Origin: Octopus sinensis
Taxonomy: Eukaryota
Direction: 5' to 3'
NCBI RefSeq assembly: GCF_006345805.1
Contig: NC_042999.1
Coordinates: 125,798,001 to 125,862,000, forward strand
Length of the DNA stretch: 64,000 nt
The notes under the pieces are model-generated. The model saw only the letters and a list, made by a program, of their open reading frames with translations, made no database searches and was not told the origin of the DNA. This document shows, one piece after another, positions 62,346-64,000 of the stretch; positions within the stretch are counted from its first letter, which is position 1, and every line of letters begins with the position of its first letter. Both the position numbers and the translations under genes were made by a program.

Positions 62346-62619
62346 GGCAAAAAAATAAATAAATACCTAAAAATTAAAAAAAACATTAAAAAAAAATTTA
62401 AAGCAAAACATGCATACACGCACGCACGTACATGCATATGTATTTGTATACGTTTTGGTGTACACTTGAAGGTACCACTTCGCCTCGCGGTGCTCATTTC
62501 TCTGACGGACCGCCGCAATCCCTACTTTGCAGAGGAAATCAGTAGTACGGGGTCCTAGAACACCCGATCCCTCGACAGCGACAAGCACAAACTAATAGCG
62601 GCCGGTCAGACTCCAGTGC

Positions 62620-63588
62620 TTAATTACTTTTCTCTCCTTTGCATTGCGGGTGGCGACACCGGGGTTTGTGGAAGATGCTGTGTGGGCCATTCTCTGCGGC
62701 AATGCCATTACGGTCATTAACGTGGGGCGCGGCTGAGCACCCCACTAGTCCTGCGATGTGTGAACCATCACATCCCCTCCATCTTCCGCTGCTTTGCTCT
62801 CTTTTTTCTTCATAATTTTTTAAAGTGTGTATTAGTAAATGAATTGCCAATTCCCGATTGTAAAACTTTGTAGGTGTTCGTAAGCAACTCACGAGTTGGA
62901 GTATCACGTTCTCATGGAAGTCTAGGTACAATTGTCTATGAACTGGGAAAATGGTTCTTATTAGCAGCCAATCGTTTGCATGCTCTGCGTAGTCGAAGCC
63001 CATTTCTTCTCTAATTTTCGCTTTGTCTTTTTACACACCTCTCGGATCATTCAAAATCTCCATCAATTACTTGTTAGTTATCAAAAGGCCGGTGAAATTC
63101 ATACATACTGCCTTAATCGCTTTCTCTTTGAGTTCACATGTTTTTTGAATGGTGGTAGTGATTGTTTTTCACTTAGTTTTTGGTGTCCCCGATAGTTTGC
63201 AACTTTGTCCATTTTCTATCTCATTACCCGTGCTTGAATAAATTTCTCTGGTAAGGAGACTCAATCTTTTGTAACATACTGCCTGTAATGCAAACAAGAC
63301 AGTTGCTGTTTGTAAAAACAGCTTCACCGTCGCTGACGAGCGAGTATGATCTAGCAGCTTGCACCATGCTTTGATGTATTCGAAGACTTGCTTTCGGGTC
63401 ACAAACGGAGATGAGTCTATCTCATTATCACCGGAGGGAAAGTCCCCTGACTGAGCGTAGAGACTACTGATTTGAGGAATCGTGTCGAACCTATCAGCTG
63501 CCTCCCGTTGATGCAATGACGCAATTTGGCGGAGCTGGGAGTTGTTGGTAGGTATCTTCGTCATAGTAGAGATCGATGCAAGTGGCAC
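62620..63588 (-). pseudogene. Decayed ~320-codon reading frame, possibly a MULE (ZSWIM3/9-like) transposase N-terminus
   Basis: ORFs 63169-63588 and 62620-63003 share one frame, with only 3 stops across 323 codons. Motifs FVTRKQVFEYIKAWC...RSSATVK...CYKRLSL...YSSTG...SCKLSG recall the WRKY/FAR1-like DNA-binding domain of animal MULEs. Family assignment is weak. Confidence 0.4.
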
Positions 63589-64000
63589 TTTAGTGTTAAC
63601 TGAATGGGGATTACTCTAAAGGAATTTCTTTCTCTTTGAAGTGCACCTGAACACTATACACAATAATTTCATTATTATTATTATTATTTCATCATATTTG
63701 ATGGCGTATATGATGGCGTATTTAGTGTAATTTACTTTCTTGTTCATAGCTCTGTCTGCTCCTCCAGAAGAGCCATACTAAAATAATGTACAATGTAATA
63801 AAAACAAATATTCTTACGAAAAAATGTATAAAGGCAGACTCCAGGTATTGGGATCAGGACCGGATTGAAACCATGGTCGCCCGGGGCACTTCAAGTTCGG
63901 TGGGCCCCTTATTCGCAAGAATTAAAGTCTTAGAAAATTACTAAATTTAAATCTCAAAACCCATCTATTCTAACTAATTGAATTTGATGAATTAGCAGAG

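Noticed and set aside
63848-63910. hAT-like terminal sequence caggaccggattg (similar patch near 57978)
   Set aside because: A single end only, with no partner TIR or TSD inside the window.

Overview
AT-rich, microsatellite- and repeat-dense metazoan genomic DNA. The repeat families and style suggest an octopus (coleoid cephalopod); this is inference from recalled repeat consensus sequences, not a database hit. The left ~30 kb holds the 3' half of a plus-strand ataxin-10 (ATXN10) gene. Five coding exons (2561-2744, 11032-11143, 27088-27263, 29153-29216, 29418-29533) splice in frame, and their phases match the vertebrate gene as I recall it. The last clear intron (29217-29417) is a textbook U12-type minor intron (GTATCCTTT donor, TTCCTTAAC branch site). 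The rest is largely transposon-derived: several tRNA-derived SINE families, RTE/CR1/Tx1 LINE relics, piggyBac- and hAT-type MITEs, Helitron pieces, three decayed DD37D (maT) Tc1/mariner families (one in a near-identical 1.54-kb tandem duplication) and a possible MULE relic. Most interesting signals: (i) several Penelope-type minimal type-I hammerhead ribozyme motifs in non-autonomous, often fold-back elements, one of them joined to a tRNA-derived head; (ii) the conserved minor intron; (iii) a Tx1-like LINE sitting inside a (TCTA)n microsatellite; (iv) long hairpins near the ATXN10 3' end; (v) a CpG-content step at about 40.6 kb. All translations and coordinates were read by eye. Exon and splice coordinates were counted base by base; repeat boundaries are approximate.
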